This document shows positions 20,486 through 29,318 of a stretch of DNA of 64,000 nucleotides, in pieces; the stretch's first letter is position 1, and each line of letters opens with the position of its first letter. The position numbers and the translations under genes are program-made. The DNA comes from Candidatus Micrarchaeia archaeon (GTDB taxonomy: Archaea; Micrarchaeota; Micrarchaeia; CABMEP01). The DNA is taken from contig JAVZXS010000002.1 in the NCBI GenBank assembly GCA_038886535.1, forward strand, positions 1 through 64,000. The letters run 5' to 3'. The notes beneath the pieces were generated by a model, which was not told where the DNA came from, made no database searches, and saw nothing but the letters and a program-made list of their open reading frames with translations.

Positions 20486-21799
20486 ATGGTAGTCCGCTCT
20501 CTTCGTGATTCAACTCTGCTTATCGCAGAAGCAAATTCTTTTTTGGATCGTTTAGAACGACCAAAGACGTTGAAAGAAATCGAAAGCAATCTTCATTCTT
20601 TAAGTCGCATTAAAGAAGAAATGTTAGCTGCAGGTTTCAATGCAACTTTTCCTGAACTAATGCTTAATATAAAAACAGAACTAGCTGACGATGAAATTTC
20701 TTCAGATCTCTCAAAACAGTTAAGAAATCTAAGAGAGTTTGCAAATCTTAAAAAATATACTCTTAATAGAGTAAAGGTTGCAATCGCCTCACATAACATT
20801 TTATACAATATGTTTCAGAGAGGAACAGTATATGCTTTTGCGGACTATCTTCCATATAATGGTCAATACTTATATGAACTTATTTATTTAGGTGAACCAG
20901 CAATACGCGCATATAACGCATTGAATATAATTCTTTCACAGAAAAAAGAAAATAAAAGTGGAGAATATACTGTTGTTATTTCTGTCGATGGGAAAAAACA
21001 AAAGATAAAACTTGATTCAAATCAAAACCTCGGTGAAAGAGTAAGAAGAGTATACGGAGAGGGGGCTACAATATTAAGCATTACTAAAAGAAATACTGAA
21101 AAGCCATTAGTAAATGGAAGGAGCAATAGAATAGCGATCGCGTCAGCATATGCAAGATTAGCAGCTAGTTTAGTATATCCAAAATTAAGTAATAGCCAAT
21201 TATTTACAAATGAAAAACATAAAATTTATTCATCAATCCTTTCAAAGCATGGATTATCTTCAGATACTAGAATAGATTTATTAGATGAAAGAGAAGATCT
21301 TGAAGATGAGTTATATTCCAAGAACCTTCTTTTTGAAGAGAATAATATAAAAGTTTTGCATCCTGATGTAATAAATGCGATTACAAAGAATAGAAAGAGA
21401 TTTAATAAAGAAACAGTTAAAGAAGCGGAGAGACTTCTTAGTGAAGATATATTCTATTTCTTTATGGCAGAGTCAAAGAAGGCAAGAACAGCATACCCAC
21501 TATTCAAAGGAATTTCAAATGAAATTGATGAACGTTTTGACTTCATGAATAAAGTGATCGGAAACAATTCAGTTCCTTTGATAAAAGAGAAACTTGCTCT
21601 TGAATCTTTAGTTCCGACTTCAAGTAAGGAATTGTCTGCAGTTCTTTTGTTAAACTCTGGAAGAAAGAAAGAATGGTGTATGGAGAAATTTGGTCTTTCT
21701 GAAGCAGAGCTAGAAGAAGCCAAATCAAAGTTAGCTCCTTATCTTAAGAATGTCTCATCACAAGCTAGAGAGTTTCTTGATCTGTTAAAAAAGAAATGA
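20486..21799 (+). CDS. Conserved archaeal hypothetical protein (possibly DUF530-like)
   Basis: Long ORF; N-terminal STLLIAEANSFLD and KKYTLNRVKVAIASH resemble DUF530 from memory; family call tentative. Confidence 0.55.
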   Translation: MVVRSLRDSTLLIAEANSFLDRLERPKTLKEIESNLHSLSRIKEEMLAAGFNATFPELMLNIKTELADDEISSDLSKQLRNLREFANLKKYTLNRVKVAIASHNILYNMFQRGTVYAFADYLPYNGQYLYELIYLGEPAIRAYNALNIILSQKKENKSGEYTVVISVDGKKQKIKLDSNQNLGERVRRVYGEGATILSITKRNTEKPLVNGRSNRIAIASAYARLAASLVYPKLSNSQLFTNEKHKIYSSILSKHGLSSDTRIDLLDEREDLEDELYSKNLLFEENNIKVLHPDVINAITKNRKRFNKETVKEAERLLSEDIFYFFMAESKKARTAYPLFKGISNEIDERFDFMNKVIGNNSVPLIKEKLALESLVPTSSKELSAVLLLNSGRKKEWCMEKFGLSEAELEEAKSKLAPYLKNVSSQAREFLDLLKKK

Positions 21800-21851
21800 T
21801 TTCTTTAATAATTTTTTCTTTAATTTTGCATTTTAAAGTTAGGTTGATATC

Positions 21852-22178
21852 TTGCAAGAGAATGAAATTATAAAGAGAAAGGTTACTATTAGAGATATAG
21901 TTAACATATTAAATAGACCCTACCCTATTAAAAGAATTAGAATAAGTCAGGGCGCATACAATTTCCTTCCAAAGAAAGCTTTAAACACTTTAAATAAAAT
22001 GAAAATTAAAATCGAAGTAATACCTTTGAAAAGAGGTCCAAGTACCAAGGTAGACAAAGAGAAAATAAGAATGCTTTACAAATCCGATGTAAATGCATAT
22101 GAGATTTCAAAAAATTTAAAAATTCCTTTGAGAACTGTCTATTATCACATTAAAAGAATAAAGAAAGAAGAAAATTGA
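21852..22178 (+). CDS. Small protein with C-terminal helix-turn-helix (DUF1699-like N-terminus, tentative)
   Basis: RGP...AYEISKNLKIPLRTVYYHI HTH; TTG start after GGTTGA. Confidence 0.7.
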   Translation: MQENEIIKRKVTIRDIVNILNRPYPIKRIRISQGAYNFLPKKALNTLNKMKIKIEVIPLKRGPSTKVDKEKIRMLYKSDVNAYEISKNLKIPLRTVYYHIKRIKKEEN

Positions 22179-22306
22179 TTAGAAATAATTATTTTAATTA
22201 CTTTAAAATTTTTTGTACAATTTAAATAAATTTGCAAGGTGTTTCTAATCAGTATAGAAAATGAAAAAGAATTTAAATTTAGACATATATTATAATATTA
22301 CTTTGT

Positions 22307-22405
22307 GCCTCGGTAGCTCAGTTGGTAGAGCGTGTGGCTGTTAATTGTATTAGTCAGTTTAAAGCAGAAACCACAAGGTCGGAAGTTCGAGTCTTCCCCG
22401 GGGCG
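22307..22405 (+). tRNA. tRNA-Asn(GTT) with a 26-nt intron at canonical position 37/38 (intron 22344-22369)
   Basis: Acceptor GCCTCGG/CCGGGGC, D-arm GCTC/GAGC, anticodon stem TGTGG/CCACA with CT-GTT-A, T-arm GGAAG-TTCGAGT-CTTCC; bulge-helix-bulge with CTGT/GCAG helix and TAA/AAA bulges; no encoded CCA. Confidence 0.96.
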
Positions 22406-22407
22406 CA

Positions 22408-22911
22408 TCATTTTTCTATTTTTATTTTATCTCCAATTCTTATACCATTTATTTTTGAGAAATTGGTGTTCAATTCTAGAGCATATAAAATAGGTTTATT
22501 TGGACTATATATCTTACATGTTTGGTTTTTTATGTTGCAAGGTTCAATTTCAACAATTTGAATAATGTTTAGTTCTTTATCAATAAATAGTATTTCTAAA
22601 GGGATCAATGTATCTTTCATCCAAAAAGAGTGGTAGTCTTCATTTTCAAAAATAAATAACATGCCTTCGTCTTTTCCAAGGTATGTTCTATTCATTAATC
22701 CTATAGCTCTTTCTTCTGGTGTATCTGCAATTTCTACTTTTATTTTGATATCATTTACTATTACTTCTGCAAATTCAGTTGTTTTTTCTTTTGTTTTTAT
22801 ATAAGATTCATAAAATAGAAAAAATAGAATAAAAGCTAAAATTACAAAAATCAATATTAGTTTATTTCTTCCTGAGATTTTATTCTCTTTATTTTCAGAT
22901 ATACTTTTCAT
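22408..22911 (-). CDS. DUF192 family membrane-anchored protein
   Basis: VEIADTPEERAIGLM, GMLFIF, FWMKDTLIPL, ALELN. Confidence 0.93.
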   Translation of the reverse strand: MKSISENKENKISGRNKLILIFVILAFILFFLFYESYIKTKEKTTEFAEVIVNDIKIKVEIADTPEERAIGLMNRTYLGKDEGMLFIFENEDYHSFWMKDTLIPLEILFIDKELNIIQIVEIEPCNIKNQTCKIYSPNKPILYALELNTNFSKINGIRIGDKIKIEK

Positions 22912-22953
22912 TCAAAACACTTACTCGCTAATTATTTCTTACCTCTTAATTAT

Positions 22954-25779
22954 TTATTCGATTTTACCTATTATCACTTTTTGTAATTCAACAGGAGGAA
23001 TTGCATTTGCCATTTCTATAGCAAATGAAAGTTTTGTTTCGCTTTCAGATACGATTTCAAATAAAGTATCTCCAGGATTAACTTTATCACCTGTTTCACA
23101 ATGTAGTATTATTCCTGCTCCTTTATCTTTCGGTGCGCCAGCAACTCTAGCTATTTTATTTATATATTTGTTGTCAACGTGCGACACTCTTCCTCCCTTT
23201 TCTGCTTTAATTGCATATCTATAATGACCGATTGGAATATCATCCTCCTTTACATTTGGATTTCCACCTTGCGCCTCTACAATCTCTTTGAATTTTTCAT
23301 ATGCCTTTCCACTTTTGATAATGTCAAATGCATAGTCAGCACCTTTTCCAACTGGCGCCTTCCCAAGCATTTCTAAGATACTTCCAGCCATAAGGCAGCT
23401 CTTCTCCCTCAATTCCTCTCCATCTTTCATTTTAAGCGCTTTAAGGACTTCAAGACATTCAAGACCCGGACCTATACCAAATCCTATTGGATCAGATCCA
23501 TCAGTTATTAGACATCGTGTTTTTATTCCAAGCTGTTCACTAACTTGTAGAAAATCATTCGCTAGCAATCTTCCCTCTGATTCATTTTCAACTTTTGCAC
23601 CTCTTCCAACAGGAATGTCAACAATTAGATACTCCGCGCCTACTGCTTTCTTCTTTCCCAGGATAGATGCTAGTAGAAGACCTTTTGGATCTAGGTGCAA
23701 AGAGTTTCTTATTCTGATTAATTTGTCGTCTACTGGCGCTAGATTTATTGCGCCTCCCCATGCAATACATCCATGTGTTTTAAGAACAACTTTTCTCAAT
23801 TCTTCAATGGGAAGAACAACAGGCGCAAAAACCTCAAATGTATCTGCAGTTCCGGACGCAGATGAAATAGCTCTTGATGATGTTTTCGGAATATATACTC
23901 CGGCAGCTGCAAGAATAGGAACGATTAACATTGTAGTTCTGTTTCCCGCAACTCCTCCTATACAATTATGCACTGCGATTGGCGCAGTTCCAGCCATGAA
24001 TCTGTGATAACCATCAACTTTAATATCATATACGTATTCTGTATTAGGTTTTATCAGTTCGATTCTTTTAATGCGTAAAACAGACAACTGTCCTCTTATG
24101 AATTTCCTAACATCTTCGCTTTTAATATGGGCCATAATGCGTGATAGTTTTTCCTTTGTTATATACTTTTGTTCTTTTAATAGCTTTCTAAAACGCCAAT
24201 CAATTTTATTTTTATCGATCTCTCCAATTTCTTTTATCGGCAGTAGGTTGAGGAATGAGATATTCGCTTTCTTTCTCTCGCCAAAGATTTGGCGTGCTTG
24301 CGTGTATACATAGTATGAATCTTGAGTCATTGCAGTTTGTTTTGGAAATTTTCTTTTCTTCCCCCCAGACATCGACAATTTGGCTGAACATCCCATCAAG
24401 CTAAGCAAGTACTGTAATCCTATTGCCAGATTCTTAGAAGAAGTCACATAAATAACTTTGTATCCTCTTCTCACATATCTATCTCCAGCAAATAACGCCT
24501 TTATGAATTCTTTTTTCATTTCTTCATCTAAATCAAAAATGAATGGTGGAATCTGTTTATTGAGGGCATCGCTTCCAGCTTTCAGTTTTTCAAATTCTTT
24601 TGCAAGCTTTTGGTTATAAATACATATGCGGATTGCGGTTTTATGCACCCTGTTAATTGTCGGTTCTTTTCCAAATAAATGCTTAATGCATGCAACCGCG
24701 TCTTCGATAAGTTCCTTTTCGTGAGAACCAAAATTCAGGAAGATGCCTTGAGAATTTGTAAATCCTTCTGCAATGTAATATCCCAAAAATCTCATAAATT
24801 CACGATCGATCTTTATTTCTTTCTCTCCAATGCTAATCCTTTCCAGTTTTTCTTTGTTTTCATTTTTGAATCCAGAAGGTACAACCACATAATCTCCAAC
24901 TTTTAATTCCTTCGCCATGATGTTGGTTATCTTTCCATTTTTTAGAATAAAAACAGTATGGTCGGAAGTCACAGCGATGTTTCTATTTCCAACTAATGAG
25001 ATTTTATAAAGTTTATCCGGTGCCTTCACTCGAAATACACCAGAAACAGGTTTGAATGAAACATTTCCTTCGTCATCAAATACAAGGGTCTGGAGTCCGT
25101 TTAAATTTTTATTAGTAAATTCCGCACCATCATCATTTATAATTTCATCTGGCTTGCATCGATCAAATATTTTGTCAATTGCATCACCAATGTTGACAAC
25201 CTTTGCTTCTCCACTATTCTTTATTAAGATAGGTACGTCTCCAGCCAGGCAATGCTTATCTGCAATAGGGTGGACACCAAGATCTAATGTTGTTCCTGTT
25301 TCAACCATTGCCTTAGCAAGAGAAACTGTTTCCCCTATTCCAAATCCATTTATATACGCAGCTGCAATGAATGATGCAAGTTCACCTTCACTTAATCTAT
25401 TTTCAACTGTTTCTTTTACTATAGTATATATCTCGTTTTCAGTAAGCGATTCTCTATCCATTTTTTTCTTTATATATTCTAATGATTTTGGAACCGGGAT
25501 ATGTTGTATTTCTACAATATCGCCATCTTTAACTTTCAATTGTTTTGCTATATCTTTATAAATTGCCACGTCTCCTTTTTTAACCATTGTTTCTGATGTA
25601 TCTATTATAGATATTACTTCTTTTCCTTTGTATTTTATACTCACTCTGTCAGATATGTAAATATCATTATAAGTTGCTTCTTCCTCATTAAGAATAGCTA
25701 TATTTTTTCCAGCTTCTATGTCCAATATTCTTACTTTGAATCTATGAATTCTGTGTGGAATTTCTTTGTTTATTTTCAT
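22954..25779 (-). CDS. AMP phosphorylase, intein-containing (about 512 aa after splicing)
   Basis: DKH/CIGGVAGN, PKTSSRAISSASGTAD, IPVGRGAK, AGAPKDKGAG; N-terminal extension typical of archaeal AMP phosphorylases; adjacent to R15P isomerase. Confidence 0.95.
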   Translation of the reverse strand: MKINKEIPHRIHRFKVRILDIEAGKNIAILNEEEATYNDIYISDRVSIKYKGKEVISIIDTSETMVKKGDVAIYKDIAKQLKVKDGDIVEIQHIPVPKSLEYIKKKMDRESLTENEIYTIVKETVENRLSEGELASFIAAAYINGFGIGETVSLAKAMVETGTTLDLGVHPIADKHCLAGDVPILIKNSGEAKVVNIGDAIDKIFDRCKPDEIINDDGAEFTNKNLNGLQTLVFDDEGNVSFKPVSGVFRVKAPDKLYKISLVGNRNIAVTSDHTVFILKNGKITNIMAKELKVGDYVVVPSGFKNENKEKLERISIGEKEIKIDREFMRFLGYYIAEGFTNSQGIFLNFGSHEKELIEDAVACIKHLFGKEPTINRVHKTAIRICIYNQKLAKEFEKLKAGSDALNKQIPPFIFDLDEEMKKEFIKALFAGDRYVRRGYKVIYVTSSKNLAIGLQYLLSLMGCSAKLSMSGGKKRKFPKQTAMTQDSYYVYTQARQIFGERKKANISFLNLLPIKEIGEIDKNKIDWRFRKLLKEQKYITKEKLSRIMAHIKSEDVRKFIRGQLSVLRIKRIELIKPNTEYVYDIKVDGYHRFMAGTAPIAVHNCIGGVAGNRTTMLIVPILAAAGVYIPKTSSRAISSASGTADTFEVFAPVVLPIEELRKVVLKTHGCIAWGGAINLAPVDDKLIRIRNSLHLDPKGLLLASILGKKKAVGAEYLIVDIPVGRGAKVENESEGRLLANDFLQVSEQLGIKTRCLITDGSDPIGFGIGPGLECLEVLKALKMKDGEELREKSCLMAGSILEMLGKAPVGKGADYAFDIIKSGKAYEKFKEIVEAQGGNPNVKEDDIPIGHYRYAIKAEKGGRVSHVDNKYINKIARVAGAPKDKGAGIILHCETGDKVNPGDTLFEIVSESETKLSFAIEMANAIPPVELQKVIIGKIE
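23965..25251 (-). mobile_element. Intein (429 aa) with LAGLIDADG homing endonuclease region in AMP phosphorylase
   Basis: Starts CLAGDVP after DKH; block B VTSDHTV; LGYYIAEG and LFAGDR motifs; block F YVYDIKV; ends VHN before Cys+1. Confidence 0.95.
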
Positions 25780-25806
25780 ATCCTCACCATTCGGATGATT
25801 ATTAAT

Positions 25807-26712
25807 TTATTCATTTTGCAGATATCTTTCAACCGCACTCATTATATTTTGTGGAGGTATTATACCTAATTCAGTGATATACGCTCTTATATATGAGGGA
25901 GGTGTAACATCAAAAGCAGGATTAATAACTTTCAATCCTTTTATCTTTTTGGCAAGAACTTCTTTTGGATCTCTCATTTCTATTTCTGTCATCTTTCCGA
26001 ACTTAGTGAGCGGATCAAATTTATATATCTGGGTAGCAGAATAGAATGGAACCTTCATATCATTTGCTACAGTTGCGATTGTGGATGTTCCTATTTTATT
26101 ATATAATGATCCATCCGTAGCTATAGCATCTGCCCCAACAATTACCATGCTAACATCTTTCATAACATATCGAACAGCTGAGTCAATTATAAGGGTTACA
26201 TCTACACCAGCAGAGGCAAGCTGCTTTGCAGTTATGTGGCCCTGATAGAGAGGTCTCGTTTCAGTGCAGTATACCTTTATTTTCTTTTTCTTATTTGCTT
26301 GTATGAGAATGCTGTTAACTGTTGTACTATGGCAATGAGTTAAGATAACTTGGTCGTCCCAAATCATTTCTGATCCATATTCAGTTATTTTTAGAAATGA
26401 TTCAGTAAACATCTTGTCATATATCTTCATGGTTTCTTCTGCAATTTTCTTTATTTCTTCTACATCTTTTCCTTTCTCAAGCCTTGCGAAAAAGAATCTA
26501 AGTGTGTTTCTTGCCATTGGTTCAGTGGGTCTGAGTGAAAGAAGTTTCTCACTTGTTTTTTCTATTTCATTTAAAATCTCCTCTCTTGTTTTTGCATTGC
26601 TTTTCTGAATGCTAATTACCAATGCCTTTGCAGTAGCTTCTGCGACTCTTCTTGCACCTTGAATCTTCAATGCTTTTATATCCCGCATTATTCTTTTAAC
26701 TTCTGCTGCCAT
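25807..26712 (-). CDS. Ribose-1,5-bisphosphate isomerase (eIF2B-like)
   Basis: IQGA, RPTEP, LTHCHS, ETRPLYQG, VGADAI, NKIGT, NPAFDVTP; co-oriented upstream of AMP phosphorylase. Confidence 0.93.
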   Translation of the reverse strand: MAAEVKRIMRDIKALKIQGARRVAEATAKALVISIQKSNAKTREEILNEIEKTSEKLLSLRPTEPMARNTLRFFFARLEKGKDVEEIKKIAEETMKIYDKMFTESFLKITEYGSEMIWDDQVILTHCHSTTVNSILIQANKKKKIKVYCTETRPLYQGHITAKQLASAGVDVTLIIDSAVRYVMKDVSMVIVGADAIATDGSLYNKIGTSTIATVANDMKVPFYSATQIYKFDPLTKFGKMTEIEMRDPKEVLAKKIKGLKVINPAFDVTPPSYIRAYITELGIIPPQNIMSAVERYLQNE

Positions 26713-26820
26713 AATTCTATTCTTTCAGATATAATTTTAAACTTTAACTATTTAACAAAAAAAAAAGAAGCTTTAAAATTTAAATGTATATAATATTATT
26801 TAGCAAGCGATCGTGATTTT

Positions 26821-27957
26821 ATGGTTAATTCCCTCAGACAAATTGTGGACATTCCTTTAAGTGGAGGAATGGATCTTCAAAATTTTGATGATCTTTCAGA
26901 AGATGATAAAGAACTTCTTAAATTTTATGAGTCATCCAAACCTAAAATATATGTTTTAGGAATGGGTGGGAGCGGTAGTAATACTGTAAACAGATTATCT
27001 CAAATAGGGATCAAAGGAGCAACTATAATTGCAATGAATACCGATGTGCAACATCTTCTTCATATCAAAGCAGATAAAAAAATATTATTGGGAAAAACAA
27101 CAACAAGAGGGATAGGTGCAGGTAGCGATCCAGAAGTAGGAGAAGCAGCTGCAACAGAATCTCTTGAAGACATTAAGCGTGCAATTTCAGATGCTTCTCT
27201 AGTTTTTGTGACTTGTGGGTTAGGTGGTGGAACTGGAACTGGTTCTGCTCCAGTTGCGGCAAAGGTTGCTAAAGAAATGGGTGCATTAGTTGTAGCTGTT
27301 GTAACACTTCCATTCACTTCAGAAGGAGAAAAGAGAAGGCAGAACGCAATGAAGGGTTTAGAAAAATTAAAGAGATCTGTTGATACTCTTATTGTAATAC
27401 CTAATGATAAGCTTCTTGCAGTCGTGCCAGATCTTCCTTTAGATGCTGCATTTAGAGTTTCAGATGAAGTGCTTGCAAAATCCGTCAAAGGAATAACTGA
27501 GCTGATCACTGTTTCTGGTCTTATTAATTTAGATCTTGCGGATCTTAAAACAATTCTAAAGGATGGCGGTTATGCAATGATCGGAGTTGGAGAATCCAGC
27601 GTTGATTCTTCTTATGATGAAAGAGCATTGCTTGCTGCAAGCACCGCGCTCAAAAGTCCGCTTTTAGATGTTGATATCTCCACTTCAAACCGAGCAATTA
27701 TTAATGTCGTTGGTGGAGAAGACATGACATTAAGAGAGGCCGAGCTTATAGCAAGAGAGGTATCAAAGCAGATAGCAAAGGATTCCCATATAATCTGGGG
27801 TGCAAGAGTGGATAAATCATTGAAAAGGTCTCAGATTCAAGTTTTGGTCGTGCTTGTTGGTGTTAATGTAGGAGATTTAAATGGAAAACCAGACAAGGTA
27901 AAGGTTGCGGAGGAACTGGAAGAAATAGATCTAAATGATCTAGATCTTGCACTCTAA
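26821..27957 (+). CDS. ftsZ: Cell division protein FtsZ
   Basis: GGSGSN, GLGGGTGTG tubulin signature, INLDLAD. Confidence 0.98.
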   Translation: MVNSLRQIVDIPLSGGMDLQNFDDLSEDDKELLKFYESSKPKIYVLGMGGSGSNTVNRLSQIGIKGATIIAMNTDVQHLLHIKADKKILLGKTTTRGIGAGSDPEVGEAAATESLEDIKRAISDASLVFVTCGLGGGTGTGSAPVAAKVAKEMGALVVAVVTLPFTSEGEKRRQNAMKGLEKLKRSVDTLIVIPNDKLLAVVPDLPLDAAFRVSDEVLAKSVKGITELITVSGLINLDLADLKTILKDGGYAMIGVGESSVDSSYDERALLAASTALKSPLLDVDISTSNRAIINVVGGEDMTLREAELIAREVSKQIAKDSHIIWGARVDKSLKRSQIQVLVVLVGVNVGDLNGKPDKVKVAEELEEIDLNDLDLAL

Positions 27958-28091
27958 GAAATATTATTTGATTATTTTGACATTAAGCACATATTTTTAT
28001 TTCTTTTTATTATATAATATTATGTCTATTTATAATTGTAATTGGTTATGAATAGAATGATTTGTATTTAATCTATTTTAAAGGTGTTAAG

Positions 28092-28277
28092 ATGTCACTT
28101 GTTAAAGGAATAAAGGAGTTTTATGATAAGGCAGTATATGTATGGAGAGCAAGCAAGAAACCTTCTAAAAAAGAATTAAACGAAAATCTTAAGATAGTAT
28201 TGCTAGGAATTTTGATTTTAGGGGTCATAGGTTTTATAATATCAATAATATTTGGTTTCTTACAATTTTCACAATGA
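28092..28277 (+). CDS. secE: Protein translocase SecE / Sec61-gamma
   Basis: ASKKPSKKE followed by one TM; conserved position between ftsZ and spt5; ATG 28092 after AGGTG. Confidence 0.9.
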   Translation: MSLVKGIKEFYDKAVYVWRASKKPSKKELNENLKIVLLGILILGVIGFIISIIFGFLQFSQ

Positions 28278-28290
28278 ATTGGGTGGAGTT

Positions 28291-28737
28291 ATGATATTTG
28301 CATATAGGGTAACTTCAGGACAGGAACACATAGTCTTAGAGATGCTTACACACAAGGCTGAAAAGATGAAGGATTCGATAGGTGCAATAGTAAGATTTCC
28401 AGAAGTAAAAGGTTATATATTCATAGAATCATCTGATATCTCTGCAGCAAAGACTATCTCTCAAGGTATTAGACATATAAAAGGAATGATTTCAAAACCA
28501 GTCGATCTTAATGAAATGACCAAGCTTATAGAAGAAGGTGTGCAATCGGTCAAGCTTGGAAAAGGAGATATAATTGAATTTACTTCAGGACCATTCAAGG
28601 GTGAAAGAGGAAAAATAATGAGAATAGATGAAACGAAAGATACAATAACTGTAGAACTTATAGATGTTGCAGTTTCTGTTCCTGTAACAGCTAAGATCAG
28701 TACAGTAAAGATAATACAAAAAGCAGAAGAGGAGTAA
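28291..28737 (+). CDS. spt5: Transcription elongation factor Spt5 (NusG)
   Basis: VTSGQE, KGYIFIE, KOW motif GPFKGERGKI. Confidence 0.95.
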   Translation: MIFAYRVTSGQEHIVLEMLTHKAEKMKDSIGAIVRFPEVKGYIFIESSDISAAKTISQGIRHIKGMISKPVDLNEMTKLIEEGVQSVKLGKGDIIEFTSGPFKGERGKIMRIDETKDTITVELIDVAVSVPVTAKISTVKIIQKAEEE

Positions 28738-28823
28738 TCAGTTTAAATTAATGTTTATAGACATCTAGACGATGGCTAAATATCTAGTAAATAAAAAGTT
28801 AGAATTAGATAATAGGTGAGTAT

Positions 28824-29312
28824 ATGGCTGAAATTACAGTTTCACTTCTTGTAGAAGGAGGAAAGGCTTCCGGAGGACCACCGTTAGCAACTTCAATAGG
28901 ACCTCTTGGAATAAATGTCAATAATATTGTTAAAGAAATAAATGAGAAAACAAAAGATTTTGCAGGAGTAACAGTTCCAGTAAAAGTAATAGTAAATAAA
29001 GAGAACAAATCATATAAAATCGAAGTTGGAGTGCCTGCAGTAGCTTCTTTAATAAAGAAAGAGATAGGCATAGAGAAAGGAGCAAAGGCAGAACCCGGGC
29101 AGAAGCCAGCTCCAGCAGGAGACATCAGCTTTGACAAGGTTGTCAAGATCGCAAAGATAAAGATTGGGTCAACAAATACAACAGAGCTGAAGTCTGCCGT
29201 TCTTTCAGTTTTAGGAACATGTTTAAGCGTAGGAGTTACATGTGAAGGGCAGGATCCAAGAGTAATAGCAAAGAAGGTCAAGAAAGGAGAATATGATGCA
29301 AGCATCAAGTGA
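28824..29312 (+). CDS. rpl11: 50S ribosomal protein uL11
   Basis: GGKASGGPPL...GPLG, VPVKV, GTCLSVGV. Confidence 0.97.
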   Translation: MAEITVSLLVEGGKASGGPPLATSIGPLGINVNNIVKEINEKTKDFAGVTVPVKVIVNKENKSYKIEVGVPAVASLIKKEIGIEKGAKAEPGQKPAPAGDISFDKVVKIAKIKIGSTNTTELKSAVLSVLGTCLSVGVTCEGQDPRVIAKKVKKGEYDASIK

Positions 29313-29318
29313 GGTTAA

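Noticed and set aside
22322..22561. 79-aa ORF
   Set aside because: Overlaps the tRNA-Asn gene and the antisense strand of the DUF192 gene
28805..29308. 167-aa minus-strand ORF, and similar antisense ORFs over ftsZ, rpl10, pcm and arsP
   Set aside because: Shadow ORFs opposite well-conserved genes
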